This document shows, piece after piece, positions 24,801 through 38,360 of a DNA stretch of 64,000 bases. The stretch covers positions 47,058,001 to 47,122,000 of the forward strand of contig NW_025964112.1 of NCBI RefSeq assembly GCF_023055435.1. The letters are read 5' to 3'. Source of the DNA: Haliotis rufescens. Lineage: Eukaryota. The position numbers and the translations under genes are program-made. The notes under the pieces were generated by a model. It made no database searches. It was given only the letters and a program-made list of their open reading frames with translations, and had not been told where the DNA came from. The number at the start of each line of letters is the position of its first letter. Position 1 is the stretch's first letter.

Positions 24801-27800
24801 GTCCGAGCTGTGGATAATGCTGTGAATGGCAGTACTTGGGAAGTATTAACACCAGTACTTGGTTATTTACGTTTGCCTACATAGATTACTTCTAGTCTCG
24901 CTATTAAGTTCTGATATACTGGGACCTATTTAACCTTGTTTTTATTTTACCTTTAATGCTCATGCAAAATCATGCATCTGGAAACAAAGCATTCTTGAGT
25001 ATGCTTGGCTCATTTCTGACCTATGTCAATCCGGTAGATTTAAGCGGAAGCTGGATGGTTCTGTTTAAAGGGGTTCATTGTAAAGCATTATTTTAACCCA
25101 TTGATCTTTTTATCACGAACCTGCTTAAAATATATTGTCATTTGGATATTGTGCTAATAATAATTATCTTTCCATAGCAAACCGTTTTATCGCCCATCTA
25201 TGAGATAAATGTACAAAATGAACCTTTGAAATTTTAAGAATTTTATCAATATTTCGTATCAATTCTTCGTAAACATTTCTTATGAAAACCGTAAGTGTGA
25301 AAACATATTATCTGAAGATTTTATCGTTTAATGACAGGGTTTAACGATCCAGTGTTTCTTCATTAGATTTCAAAGATGTTTTATCTACTTTGATTGGGCA
25401 AATATCTATAAACGTGGAAATATTATATGGAACAATGTCAACGAGGTATTGACAGAGCAATAAGACCTACTGAAAATACGTATGTATGCATGTAGATATT
25501 AAAATACTATTACATCATTCTCCATAGCATAAACTACTTTATTGTATGATCAATAACGGTAGATAACGCGGCTTGGTCCGTGTTTTATAAATTAAAACGA
25601 ATATAACAATTAGTTGATAATTGCAAGAATTTTTATTGTGATCCATTTATAAATGTCGCGGAAGACATAATATTTCACTTGAATTCTTGTTATAAAATAT
25701 GCACGTATAATGTTCCAAAACTCAGGAAATTTCATCCAGCTAACGGTTATGGCAAATAGCACCGAGAAAAATAACGGCAATTTTGAGAGGAAACTTCGTT
25801 TAGCGCGACCGATCCTGTTCTGTATAATGAAAATTCGGAGCAGTTGAGAGTTCATCAAAAATGTCTGATTTCCCCCACACGTAATTGTACTGTGCCAAAT
25901 GTTACGGCCCCTTTCACCGAGTTGATGTTTCTCGAGGGGGGTTAAATCAGAAAGGTGGGTCATGAATTCAACCTAAATGTCACGTGATGACAAGCGAGCT
26001 AAAGTTTGTTAGAAAAATCTTAAAGCATTAAACAAATCCCAATCGTTCGAGTTAAGATTAGGGTTAACAAATCTTGATGTGTTGACAGTATGCATCCGTC
26101 TTGATATGCTTAAAGTGCCTTGTACCGCCATGGGGATAAGAGCTAATATAGTAGACACGCGGCCACCTTAAATCTGAGGAATACCATTCCGATCTTCGAT
26201 ACGCCACTTAAATTTTCACGGTGTCTGTCAATTTGATCTTACAATGGATAAAGGGCGCGATAGAGCCAAATATTCAACGCAAAGCAATGAAATGTTTGTG
26301 TGAAATATTTCAATTTCCTATGAATTTGACCGAATCGGCAATTAGTCTCTTCTGACATACTTTTTAAATATGAAAGATTTCGTTCCATGTTTCATATTGT
26401 GCTGCAAACATGTGTTTGATATAAAGCAAGGTAGATTTGTTTATGTAATGAAAATGATATTCAAATATCCAAATATACCAGGAAGAAACATATGTTTGCT
26501 TGATTTGCTATTCGCCTCTAAAGTAAGCGTGCTCTAAATATTCGTAACAAAGGTTGTTAGATATCAACATTTAGCTTTCTAAAACGGGCAATCAGGGTCA
26601 ATATCGGAAAATAAATCTGCCCTTATTAGCCCTGTCTCTACTGAGATTTAATTTGTTTCCTGTGCTTTGGATGAGCCACTATGCAAGGAACAATTGTTGA
26701 AAGCGAACTCTTTTCAGCACAAACTTGTGCAAAGGCGCGTAAATTTCATTGCTAAATGTATCCCCGGACACCCATTGGCAGACAACATTAATCACATATT
26801 CAGAACCGATTGTGCTTTTAACAGTTCATTTCGATTTATTACAACATCAAATTCCAATAACAGCCATAAAAATAAGGCAAGTACAAACAAGTACTAATAA
26901 GGCCACTTTTCATCCCGACACGATTCCAAATGAACAAGCACGGTTTCTACCCTTCTTAAATAGCATTAGTATATTTTATTACCGGTACACAACTACAGAT
27001 ACAAAAATGTTAGAGAATAGGCTCTGTGAAGTTATGGCCAAAGAATGAATCTCATAATTAGTATCGACTGCCGCGTGATAAAATGACAGAGGAAACATAA
27101 AATATTAATGATTTATGAAAACCTCAGGGACAGGGACATTGAGGTTCTGATCAGCACAGGTTATACTTCATAGAAAATTAGAAATTCTATGTTTAGTCAT
27201 AACTTCAATGTCCATATTTCTCCACTTGATATTTTAAGTTTAAATTGAAAATGCCAATTTCTGAAGGTTATTCGTATTATTATCCTTATCACATGCAAAT
27301 GAGACCAAATTGAACTGAATGGAAAGACTGTAACAGAATTTACGTTTTTGAGTAAAATAAGTTTATAACATATCATTTGTTAACTTATTCATTAACGTAT
27401 TGCTTAAGTCAGTATACGTTGATTGCGGACTGTTTGGCATGAGTTAGATATAACATCGCAGGGGTCTTATTTGGCCCAAGAAGGACACATCCGTTACATG
27501 TATTTTGAAAGAAATTGTTTCGTTTAATGAACCAAGAATGGGATATGTAGTAGAATATATATGGTCATGTAAGAAGTGAAGTAATACAGTAACAATGTTC
27601 ATCGGAGATTACGATTTGGCACAAAGTACAAACCAGACTGCAATTGTTATCGAGCAACGTTCTTTCATTTCTTGCTCAATTATCATTATCTTTCAAATCC
27701 TGTTCGTTTATCAGTATCAGTTTCTAGGTCTGTTTAACGTGTGCAGCAATAAGCTGAAGGGGTGGTTTTAACGATATTCTCTTTGTTGTCAATACAAATG

Positions 27801-28015
27801 TATGCATGTATTTTCTCCTTATCCGGGATATTCAAATAAATGCGTAAACATTATAACTGACTCAGTGTTTTTATTCCTCTAATATCTAGTGTCGCAACGT
27901 TACGGGTATATAACTTATGTCTTTCACTTGACAAGGAATATGAGCATGGATTACAACTATACATACACACACTTAAACATCAATTGAAGAAGTAGATTTT
28001 CATTTGAAGCTTTAG

Positions 28016-28016
<1 letters not shown>

Positions 28017-28086
<70 letters not shown>
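28017..28086. repeat. Compound (CA)n(TA)n microsatellite
   Basis: Direct reading. Confidence 0.97.
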
Positions 28087-29470
28087 TATATGTATATTTC
28101 TCTGCGCGTTCGACAGAAGGGATATACGTTCAACATCCTTTTCAATAGAGGATCTTAAAATAGTCACTCTCTTTCAGGGAGAACATCTACTTCTTTCCCG
28201 GAAAGGTTTCCGATTGCTATGCGTTTTATAGGTGATTTGGGAGACCAGTGTGCCTACTACAACGAACAAAGGAAGTTGATTTGATAAAACAACATTGAAA
28301 ATAAATAAACTACTTGCTAATGCCAAATTCATAACTTGTCATATGCAGGGAACATTAGGAGTTATATAAATAAAACTGCAGTTGCAACAATGTACTGTTA
28401 TTCTTCATATAGTGTTTTGCTCTTAACGATCCAAGGGAGAACGATTAATGCAACAGAAAACAAACATAAATCACGTCCATGTTGAAAGAAACAATGCCCT
28501 ACAAACAAAAGGAAACAAACAAGACACATCAACGAGATAAATGTTTCTTCTTAATGAACATTAATTCGACAGTACTACGTTGGAAATGTCTTTTCTTTTG
28601 TTTCGTTTGACATCGGTATACTGGAATTCATATTTTAATGCATGTATAATTACCGTTACACATTGTCCTCTACCTTAAATCAATAGTATGTGGAAAATTT
28701 GTGCTGAAAATGTAATATCCTTTACCAGGAACTGAATTACTCTCATCGGTGCAATGAAAAAATGTTACAGCGGTGCTACAATTGTTTCCAGGCTCGTTTG
28801 CTCTTGATGCAATAATGTTGCTGCATTCAGTCTTTCATAAAGGGCAAGATTAAGATTTCCACATTCGCAAAGACCAAAACAGACCAAGGAAAATTAAAAG
28901 TTGGAATGTCTTCATCTTATATGATGACTCTGGAAGAATTATGTAGTGTTATCGAAGACATACAGGAATGACATAAGATTGTAAAATTAAACATACACAT
29001 AAAACAATCAGATCTGATTGTGGTCAATTTATGTTGTTGAATAATTTTCAAAAGCATCCTATGAAGCCCTTCCATATAGTAAAACCATATACTAGAAACA
29101 TTACGGGCCTGATATCCACGCACAGCCAATACCAGTCCGTTTCCTTCTATAATTTTGTGTGAAGTTCCTATCATTATTGTCTTAATAATGGCAACGTCAA
29201 TTCGTCATTTCTCAACACCATTCTATCGAAGTTTACATTCAGTATCAACATGCGCTAGTTTGTACTTCTTTTACAATGGGTGGAGCCTCTGGCTATTTTC
29301 AAATTATTACTTTTACATACGTGAGTTCTATGTGCTTTCTATAACCCACTGCCATTAGATTGATCTACCCGAATATTTTCTTCTAACTCTCGTAATGCAA
29401 ACCTCAACTTTTAGACGACACTCGAGTATATGCTCAAAATAGGTTCAGCAGTACTACTGACCATTTCTAT

Positions 29471-29473
<3 letters not shown>

Positions 29474-29523
<50 letters not shown>

Positions 29524-29549
29524 TCTCTCTCACTCTTTCTCTTTCTCTC
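29474..29549. repeat. (CT)n microsatellite with embedded (CG)8
   Basis: Direct reading. Confidence 0.95.
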
Positions 29550-29933
29550 CAAATCAATGCAATGACAACTGTTAACTTTGTTCACAACTGTATTCTTGAT
29601 GCTTTGTTCAAGTATTCTTGGCAATCGTTAGTTTCTACTTTTTTGTCTTCTATATGCATCTGCTTAATTTCCCTATCATATTACCTGTGTTCATCTTGTT
29701 TTAAACTAATCATGGCGATTTGTGTGCATCTTTGCTTAGAACAACATTCTTGCTGCCTTAGTCAACTATTTTTTATTGATACCTTCATCTATATGCTCAC
29801 TGATTTACTCCACCAATCATCGCAGATTCTCTGTTTTACTTTACTAATCATTACAATATGTAATCATCTTTCCATATATTTATATGCTTTACTTTACAAA
29901 TCATTGCAACGTGTTCATCTTTCCTTACACGAT

Positions 29934-30101
29934 GGCGGTGGGGAAGCCTAGTGGTTAAAGCGTTCTTTCGTCACCATGAAGAACCGGGTTCGATTCCCCA
30001 CATGGGTACATGTGTGGAGCCCATTTATGCTGTCTCCCGACGTGATATTGCTGCAATAGTGCAACATGCGTCGTGAAATCACACTCACTCACCCACTGAC
30101 T
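29934..30101 (+). mobile_element. tRNA-derived SINE family A
   Basis: A-box-like agcctagtggttaaagcg, B box ggttcgattccc, (actc)n tail; homologous to the 31897 copy. Confidence 0.88.
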
Positions 30102-31261
30102 CCAAACCCGTATATGCTTTCTGCTCTAAGTTACTAATCATTACAAAGTGGGTTCATCTTCCCATGCAATATATCTTTACATCATCACAATGTGTGCTCT
30201 TCCTTCCTTACATTGATACGCTCTCTGCGTTGATTTAGGAATCAATGCAATGTGGTTCATCTTTCCAAGCATTACGGAACATCGTCGTTCTGGCAATGCC
30301 ATTTCGGAGAGATTTGTTCCAATCGTTTATTGCCTGTATTTCTTCCATTGTTATATGATTATTTGCATCTGGCATGCTCACTCTACCTGATCACTCCATG
30401 CCCCATCCGTCTTTCACTAAACCCAATCGCCAGTCAGTTGTTACCTACTCAAACAAATCCATACGGTTTACTCTATTCATTATGTGCAACCCTTAATGTT
30501 CTATTCATCTGAAGCTATGTTTCGTACTATCATTCTCTGAATACTACGAAACCGGTTTCTCTTTGGACCCTCCACGTAATCAGCTGTTGCATCTACTCAA
30601 TTACTGTAGTCACCACATCTATTATTTATGGGAACCACGTACAATCAATGATCGGACCTATTCAAGTTTCTTTCCGTGTGTTTCACCCTGTCCAAACAAC
30701 GAATCTCCCTCAGTGAGAATCATTGTGTAGGCTACGAGACCCAAGTGTGCACTCCATTGGATCAATGGTTAACATAGTGCTGTTGTTTTCTCGTATGCTA
30801 TGCTTTACGATACTGCATAAAAGCAGCCTGTCTTACTCAAAACAAAACACCTTCGGCACGATTTGTACTTCCAATAGGTTCCTTTTTGTTCTTGAGCAAG
30901 TATTATAAACTTTTCAAATATTATATTTCCATACAATGGATATTTTTGTCACAATATTATGGCATCTCTTTGAAATTTGTTTCAATTGTTTCATTTCCTA
31001 CTGTTCTTCCCTCTTAGATAGCTATCTACATTTCGCATCTTTGGCAATCCATTATTCATGCTATTAGGATAGGCCTTATTATTGCACATGCATTGATAAA
31101 AACTGATTTTATCGGTTTCACGCCAATATGAAATAAACTATGAGTGACTGAATATTGTTTGGCGGGAATATTGCGGCAGTTTGCAAATGGAGTCTTGGCC
31201 TCACAGACCAATGGTTGAGAACATGAGCATATTAACACCCGATCTGCACTGGTTGGTTCTT

Positions 31262-31318
31262 AGCCGCCGTCATATAGCTGGAATATTGCGGAATGAGTCG
31301 TTTATCAACAAACAAACA
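31262..31318 (+). mobile_element. 3' fragment of SINE family B
   Basis: ccgccgtcatatagctggaatattgc ... (aaac)n tail. Confidence 0.7.
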
Positions 31319-31583
31319 CGTATTTGTTTCTCATCATCATCAGAGGCCTCCGAGGACCTTTTCGTGCCACAAATCATCACAGGAAAGAAAATGATAGACA
31401 TGAGCAGTTACAAATAAAGCACAAGGGGAATCGTATATACAATGTCAAGTATATGAATACCTGTTTCAGTTTTAATTATGCATATACACCTTGAAAAAGG
31501 ATGTACATAGCCATTTTGTAGTATTGTTACCAATGTTATACCAAAACAGTAACCGAAATTGCTCATCTAGTGACATGTTTTGA

Positions 31584-31797
31584 GGCCCTGTGTGGCTTAG
31601 TGGGTTCGAATCCCAGTTCGACCAGATTATGTTTTAGCTTTGTCAGCACCATACCCGTGCTCGTGGGTTTCACCGAAGTGGTAAACGTCTAAAACCCTAA
31701 ACCGCTTTGGGCTTTCCTCCCACATCAAGCTAACACGCCTGGTATAACTGGAATATTGTTAAAGGCAGCGTTAAACACAATTGACTCTTTCACTCAC
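31584..31797 (+). mobile_element. SINE family C
   Basis: tggcttagtgg / ggttcgaatccc Pol III boxes; body homologous to the 2975 copy. Confidence 0.75.
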
Positions 31798-31896
31798 TAG
31801 TTTTGCAACTTTACCTTGGCAATAGTTATTCGACTATCCTTATATTGCTTCAGTTGCCTCTTTGCATCATTTGATATGACTTAGTACTTGTGACCA

Positions 31897-32060
31897 GGGG
31901 TGGTGGGGTAGCCTTGTGGTTAAAGCGTTCGCTCGTCACGTTGAAGACCCGGGTTCCATTCCCCACATGGGCACAATGTGTGAAGCCCATTCCTGGTGTC
32001 CCCCGTCGCGATATTGCTGGAATATTGCTAAAAGCGACGTAAAACTATACTCACTCACTC
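31897..32060 (+). mobile_element. tRNA-derived SINE family A, full length (about 165 bp)
   Basis: tagccttgtggttaaagcg ... ccgggttccattccc ... gctggaatattgctaaaagcgacgtaaaac-(actc)n. Confidence 0.9.
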
Positions 32061-32797
32061 ACCATCTGGAGAAACATACCGTGTTACTGTACAAAACTTT
32101 CAGCCATTTAATGAGATCAATGTCATATATACATATCAGTAAAGACACATGTAAGTTCGGGTTATTATAAAAATAAAGAAGGGGGGATGCTTAACCTTTT
32201 CCAAGGTGTATAAAATGTGTATGAAACTAAAGTCTTGGTTCCAGTCTCATCAAATATATTTGATTTCGTTGTTCATTTTGCATTACATAGCGATAACTGG
32301 ATATTCGATTTCCACATTGTCAATCAATCATAACCAACGGGAAATGTGCTCGCAATGGATATTTACACACAGCTGTAACATATATTAGACTTAGAATAAT
32401 GTTTACACGTACATAAATATGCAAAATCAACACTCATAAACCACAGGTGAGCTTGTCATTCATGTTTGTCTTCCGACAAAGCGACAACCGATATATCGCT
32501 TAAAACATGTTGGTGATCAAGAAAGCCATATTTTCTCGTTCATGATACATGATGCTATCTGTCTGTCCACCTGGATCAGTAGTCAGAGCAATGTTCAGAC
32601 TCTCTCACTTGTTAATAATGCAGAATGTTGCAGAACAATACATNNNNNNNNNNNNNNNNNNNNNNNNNNNNNNNNNNNNNNNNNNNNNNNNNNNNNNNNN
32701 NNNNNNNNNNNNNNNNNNNNNNNNNNNNNNNNNNNNNNNNNNNNNNNNNNNNNNNNNNNNNNNNNNNNNNNNNNNNNNNNNNNNNNNNNNNNNNNNN

Positions 32798-33380
32798 GTT
32801 TAACAAACGAGTCATTATGTCACAGAACGATGCATAATTATGCTGATGATTCCCAGCTAAGACGACAGATTCATAATGTCGAAGAACGCTGCATCGTGTC
32901 GCAGTACGATTTATAATCTTGATGAACGATATATGACGCCACAGAAGAATGCATAATGTTACAGAATGATTCATTGTTACGAAGAGTGATGCATATTATC
33001 TTGGAAAATTATTCATAGCCTGGCAGGACGATGCATTATATTGTAAAACGATGGATAATGTGGACGTGCGATACAAAATGTCGCAGAATGATGCATCATG
33101 TTGATAAATGAAGCATAACGACACAGAACGATTCATAATTATTAAAAGATATCCATAAAATCGAATGACGATTTATGATTATGACGAACGATGTGCAATG
33201 TTAAAGAAACTATACACAATGTTGAAGAAACAATGCTTTATGTTGAAATAGCTGTGCGTAATGTTGAAGACATTATGCATAATGTTTAAAGAGGGATGCA
33301 TAATGTTGAATAAAAACTCCATAGCTATAAAGAGTCTTGCATTATGTTGTAGAACGATGCATACTGTTGCAAGAAGTTGA
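32798..33380. repeat. Degenerate ~20-21 bp minisatellite (gaacgatgcataatgttg..)
   Basis: Recurrent gatgcataatgtt / gattcat..tgtt with about 20 bp spacing. Confidence 0.7.
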
Positions 33381-34869
33381 AGCACTGGATAGTTCGAACT
33401 CATTTTTAAAAAGTCATTGCTACGTCTCATAGGCTTAGAGGGAACGTGTTAATGCTTTACAACGATGCAGTTACGTACAGGGGATACATTCATTGAATAC
33501 ATTCATAAACTACAGCAATTCTTCCAGTATGCACTGACAACTTAATCTGCTTTAACAACGCAAAGCAAGACATGCTATAAAATTTGTCATAAGGACTGAC
33601 AATTATGTGTTTTATGTTTATATAACATTGACAACAAAGGGACACAGATTTTAACCTTCACATCAACAAGTTTCTCTTAGACACCTATTATGATTGTTAT
33701 TGAAGTATGCACAGCCGCAGTAATTATGCATCAATTGTCTGCGGTATTTGAAGTTTTTCCACAGGTTTTGATATGTGTTTTATTGGTGGCAAGCAAGCCA
33801 CAAGTCTCCTCGGACATTTGGCAAAGGTATGTAATGGCGTGGGTATTACAGGAATAATAGGCTCATTCTCAGCTCTGCACACCTGCCTATGATTAGTCCA
33901 TAAATCAATAGCAGATATATTTCTTTTAAATTCACATACCCCTAAATACAAAAGTCGACCATCCCAAATCCAAGTGTGATATCTTTGCCAACTCACCCGT
34001 AAAGGGGTGATAGGTGTCGGTGTTTGATATAGATTTCTATTGATGTGCACCTGCATGTGAAAAGTTCTGAGGGAAAGTTTATAAATTTTTTTCATTTTAT
34101 CTTAATGGAAATTCTTGAGATTAGAAAGCAAAATACCTAGGTGATTTATGGATAGCATTTAGATTGAAAGATATCTTGTATAAAAGCACCCGGCTTTAAC
34201 CAGCATTTGTTGCAGTAATGGTACGATAATCGGATGTTAAGGAGGATTGGACAGGACACCTGAGAAGGTGATTTATGAATATGATTTTGGCAGATTCGCT
34301 ATACATGTTAGTTATACTGTGTCGTTTGCCGAAACAGTTAGATTGACCGACGATAGCATGTCCCTATATCTACAGCCTTTTGATGTTGGGTAAATGTGTA
34401 GAGTCGGTGTTAACTCAGTTTAACATCGGTTTAACATCAGTGATTATTATGTGTACAGTGAACCGTCATAGTTACCGGGAGCTAACAGCGTCAGCGGACT
34501 GTGAAGGAACAGAAAATAGTTTAATCCAAACCGGAGGTTTTAGACGAAGTGGCTGAAGCACCAATGTGACAAATCAGACAACGAACGATTCTTCATGTCA
34601 AGAATATACTTGGATTATAGGGGTCTGAAGTTTCATGTTTTATGTGTGTGCAGAATTCGTCTCTGCACATTAAAGCGACAGACCCCTTTCCATAGTCATA
34701 AGAATACTCTGCTAAAAGTAGACTCCATTGTACGATCACGACTATATCGTGGGCATATGTTTATTAGTCACTATCAAATAGTAAAAAGATGAGAATTGTA
34801 TGCTAAACTGGTGGCAGCCGTTACAAACACATGCAAAGGCAAGTCAATTGTATACTTGGAAATTCACAG

Positions 34870-35365
34870 GAAAACTGATGCGTCAAATTTTTAACTTTCC
34901 AAATGTCCAACACATAAATCCTTTTGAAAGTTTTAACATGGCCCTGGATGTTGTATCCCTGATGAAACAACTCTTAATAGCATGAGTCGTAAACGCTGTG
35001 TTTATTTTGATTTGGTCACTGAATCTTTATGCATAGATCCATAAATGAAACAGATGGTTTCTCTTTTCTCTTTTATTTCTAGCTTCGGTGGGTAAATGTG
35101 ACAATATTGAACGATGTCGGATTATTGATATACAAGAAGCTTAAGTTAAATAACTTGGCCAAATTCCCTTGTTTTGATTTGACCAATCACAGCAGTTCTG
35201 ACTGCTTGATTATCGGGAAGATGGGAATCACGGAATGCATACGTCTTGGCTAAATGACCTATCCCCAAATCTCAGATGGATGTTATCTATGAAAAAATCC
35301 ACAATTTCATATATCGTTTTCTCAGTAAACTTCACATGACATTTGCTTTCATTTTTGACAGCTTG
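34870..35365 (-). pseudogene. Decayed reverse transcriptase, Penelope-like retroelement type
   Basis: Minus-strand pieces in colinear order: IVDFFIDNIHLRFGDRSFSQDVCIP (cf. IDNIFVxFGxxxFQQxxGIPMG), AKLFNLSF.YINNP with the YIDD segment lost, IYPPKLEIKE, LFHQGY...KTFKRIY. Frameshifted. Confidence 0.7.
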
Positions 35366-36259
35366 TTCTAAACCTTCGAAAAATGATTGAGTGGCTGAGT
35401 GAGTTGGGGCTAAGGAAGCTTTGACAATGTTCAAGTCATCTCACGGCGTGTCAACTGCGGGTAACGCAGGCCTCAGACGTTTACCTCTTTGGTGAAACCC
35501 TCGAGAACGTGTATGGTGCTGACAAACCTGGAAACATATTGTATGCAAGAAACGCAACTCTGACCAGCAAATGGCATCGCCCTAGACCACTAGGTCACCC
35601 GTAACCAAGACCTTTGAAGATACAGACATCACTGCAACTTTGGTCACCACATGTAATCGCAAATGCCCTATGGATCAGGGAACGATTTTTTCCCTACCTT
35701 TTGTCGCGGGCCCGTGGGATACAAAGCTGCAAAAAATTACGTTTTGAAAAAATTAAACTTTCTTCTTTTATGAGATTTAAAGAATTTAAGCAAATCCTTT
35801 GAGTTTTTGAGAGACCATATGGTATTAATTACACTTATCCTAAATACTAAGGATTATGGTTATCTTTGCGACATATATTTGGCAGTACATTTGTTGAAGC
35901 CAACAAGATCTGTCTGTTTGTAAGAATTCTTATGGAGCTTGGAATCCAGTACCAAAGAGGAATGGACAATGGTCTCCAGAGTCAAGCAAAATGTCAAAAT
36001 AATCATAATGCGTGATTTGTGTCGACTTTTAACATAGAGGCCTGACATGTGTCACCATTTAATATGTCACCTGTACAAATTCTGTGATCAAACAATTAAT
36101 GAAGCGATGCTTACATATAATGGTTATGCTATTTGAGGCCTTGTCAGCGGAAACAACTATTCTTTTCATGAAGAGCAAGCAAGGCTTTGATCAACAGCTG
36201 TATGGAACAGAAAGCCTTTAGTGCACTTCCTCGTTTTCAGTTTGTGCGTTCTACCAATG

Positions 36260-36502
36260 GTTGGTTGGTTTGTTGTTTAACGCCGCACTCAGCAATATTC
36301 CAGCTATATGACGGCGGTCTGTAAATAATCGAGTCCTGACCAGACAAAGCAGGAGTTGACATCATGAGCATCGATCTACGCAATTGGGAAACGATGACAT
36401 GCATCAACCAAGTCAGCGAGCCTGACCACCCGATCCCGTTAGTCGCCTTTTACGGCAAGCATGGGTTGCTGGAGACCTATTCTGACCGGGTCTTCACGGG
36501 TC
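36260..36502 (-). mobile_element. SINE family B, full length with TSD
   Basis: Flanked by gcgttctaccaatg / gcattctaccaatg; (aacc)n tail; homologous to the 57000 copy. Confidence 0.9.
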
Positions 36503-37103
36503 GCATTCTACCAATGACAAGATCACAAACTGACATCACCTTGTCTGAACAACATGCAACAGGTTTACCTCATTTCTCGCCATACGCTTCGCCAGCAAAC
36601 ATGATTCTGATCCCACTCAGAAGCAGTCTGTTCAAGATAATTTGTTCAATATTTGAACAACTGACGTAGGTTGTTATTGTCAACATTATCGAAGTCATCT
36701 GTAAGTATATGATCAACAGGTTGGTAACAGCATCATTAATCTTTGTTACATTTCATGATCTGCGTCGTAAAATTTCCAAGGGTTTTGAACATTTGAAAAA
36801 TTGTGATTAGTTTTTAAAGTAGTGTTAGTATTTTTAGAATTTCTACCTTGAACGCACGTCGTTCTGTTGCTTGCATTTAGACTGACACTTATAATGTAGA
36901 CAATCGGAATAATGGTGGTTCATTTAAAGTTGGAACCATGAAACTGCAATTCTTTAAAATCCGGTTTCAGAGAAGTCTAATTGGCATGTAAAGAACTGTC
37001 ACGGAGACGTATACTCATCAGAACTCATAAACATGTCATACCTCTCAACATTCCTAACTGGTTGGAATTAAAAAAGCATATGCAGGAAATCAAAATAGGT
37101 ATC

Positions 37104-37207
37104 GGGGATCGTTCCACAAAGCGATCTTAAGCCAAGGACGATCGTAACTTTCATACTGTATCATTGTCATGAGACATTCGTAACGCTAAGATCGCTTTGA
37201 GGAATTG
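37104..37207. mobile_element. MITE (~105 bp, palindromic), diverged copy
   Basis: gttccacaaagcgatctta ... taagatcgctttgaggaa; same family as the 44487 and 44709 copies. Confidence 0.8.
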
Positions 37208-37236
37208 TATGCGTACAGAGTATATATATCGACTTC

Positions 37237-37422
37237 AGAGGCGACTAACAGTATCGGGCACACTGACTGGGTTGATGCATGTCATCGTATCCCAATTGCG
37301 TAGATCGATGCTCATGATGTCAATCACTTGACTGTGTTGTTCACACTCGATTATTAAAGACCGCCGTCATATAGCGGGAATATTGCTGTGTGGGGCGATA
37401 AAAAACAAACAAACAAACAAAC
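37237..37422 (+). mobile_element. SINE family B, 5'-truncated
   Basis: agaggcgactaac ... tgtcatcgtatcccaattgcgtagatcgatgctcatg ... (aaac)n. Confidence 0.88.
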
Positions 37423-37692
37423 ACATATGCTTGTATATTTCTATTCGAAAACCATTGTTGCGAATTGACACGTTTTCACAGTAGCAATGATTTTCAATTC
37501 TTCCCTCATTGCAAAATGTTATATTTTCTTATACATATATTTGTGTTCAAATTTAAAATAACGTTTCCGAATCTACCTGAATTGTGTTTGCAATGAACAG
37601 AAAAAAAGTTCTGATTGAATAGAAAGTAATCTATATTTGCGATCTATTTTAACAAGACGCTCTGATACCAGGACATTCGATTGTTTCTAAGT

Positions 37693-37948
37693 TTGTTGTT
37701 TAAAGTCGTACTCAGCAATATTCAAGCTATATGACGGCGGTCTGTACGTAATCGAGTCTGGACCAGACAATCCAGTGATTGACATCATGAGCATCGATCT
37801 ACGCAATTGGGATACGATGACATGCATCAACCAAGTCAGCGAGCCTGACCACCCGATCCCGTTATTCGCCTTTTACGACAAACATAGCCCCCTTTTACGG
37901 CAAGCATTGGTTGCTGAAGACCTATTCTACCCCGGATCTTCACGGGTC
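37693..37948 (-). mobile_element. SINE family B, full length with TSD
   Basis: Flanked by ttgtttctaagt / ttctttctaagt. Confidence 0.9.
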
Positions 37949-38282
37949 TTCTTTCTAAGTAGTATATGACACCCCTGAGAGAATGCACCTTAAATGTTTT
38001 GTTGACGTTGATCCGCTTTTGCATATGTTTATGTACTTTAAGGACCTGTGTAATTGTGCAAGATTTCTATCGATGGCTTCATCGATAAACTGCCAAACCA
38101 TAAGTGTCAGTGGCGACGATTGCAAAAATTCCCCTTACTACTTGAATATTAATATTGCCATAATAATATCGTTTTCAGTAACAAGTGGAAACATGGCTAT
38201 AGGTCACAATCATGTCACGTCCCGAAGATAGGCATTCAAAACGTCAACGGTAGAGAAACTAACAATCACGAATATCTACCGA

Positions 38283-38360
38283 AACAGCGATGAAAATTCT
38301 AAGAATTGGACAATGAAAATCAGCGATGACACCAGGTGTTCGCGAAAAGTGTAAAGATAT
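38283..38360. mobile_element. Dispersed repeat (gatgacaccaggtgttcgcgaa), probable 3' flank remnant of the Penelope-like family; other copies about 41031-41100, 42121-42290, 42790-42840 (reversed), 44230-44402 (reversed)
   Basis: Shared gatgacRccRggYgttcgcga core. The 44230 copy continues into actgatgcgtcaaatt, also present at about 34874 next to the RT C-terminus. Confidence 0.55.

Noticed and set aside
29430-29951. 173-aa ORF
   Set aside because: Starts in a microsatellite, ends in a SINE, T-rich composition; no domain similarity.
29934-32060. tRNA genes
   Set aside because: A/B boxes belong to SINE heads followed by SINE body and tail; no complete cloverleaf.
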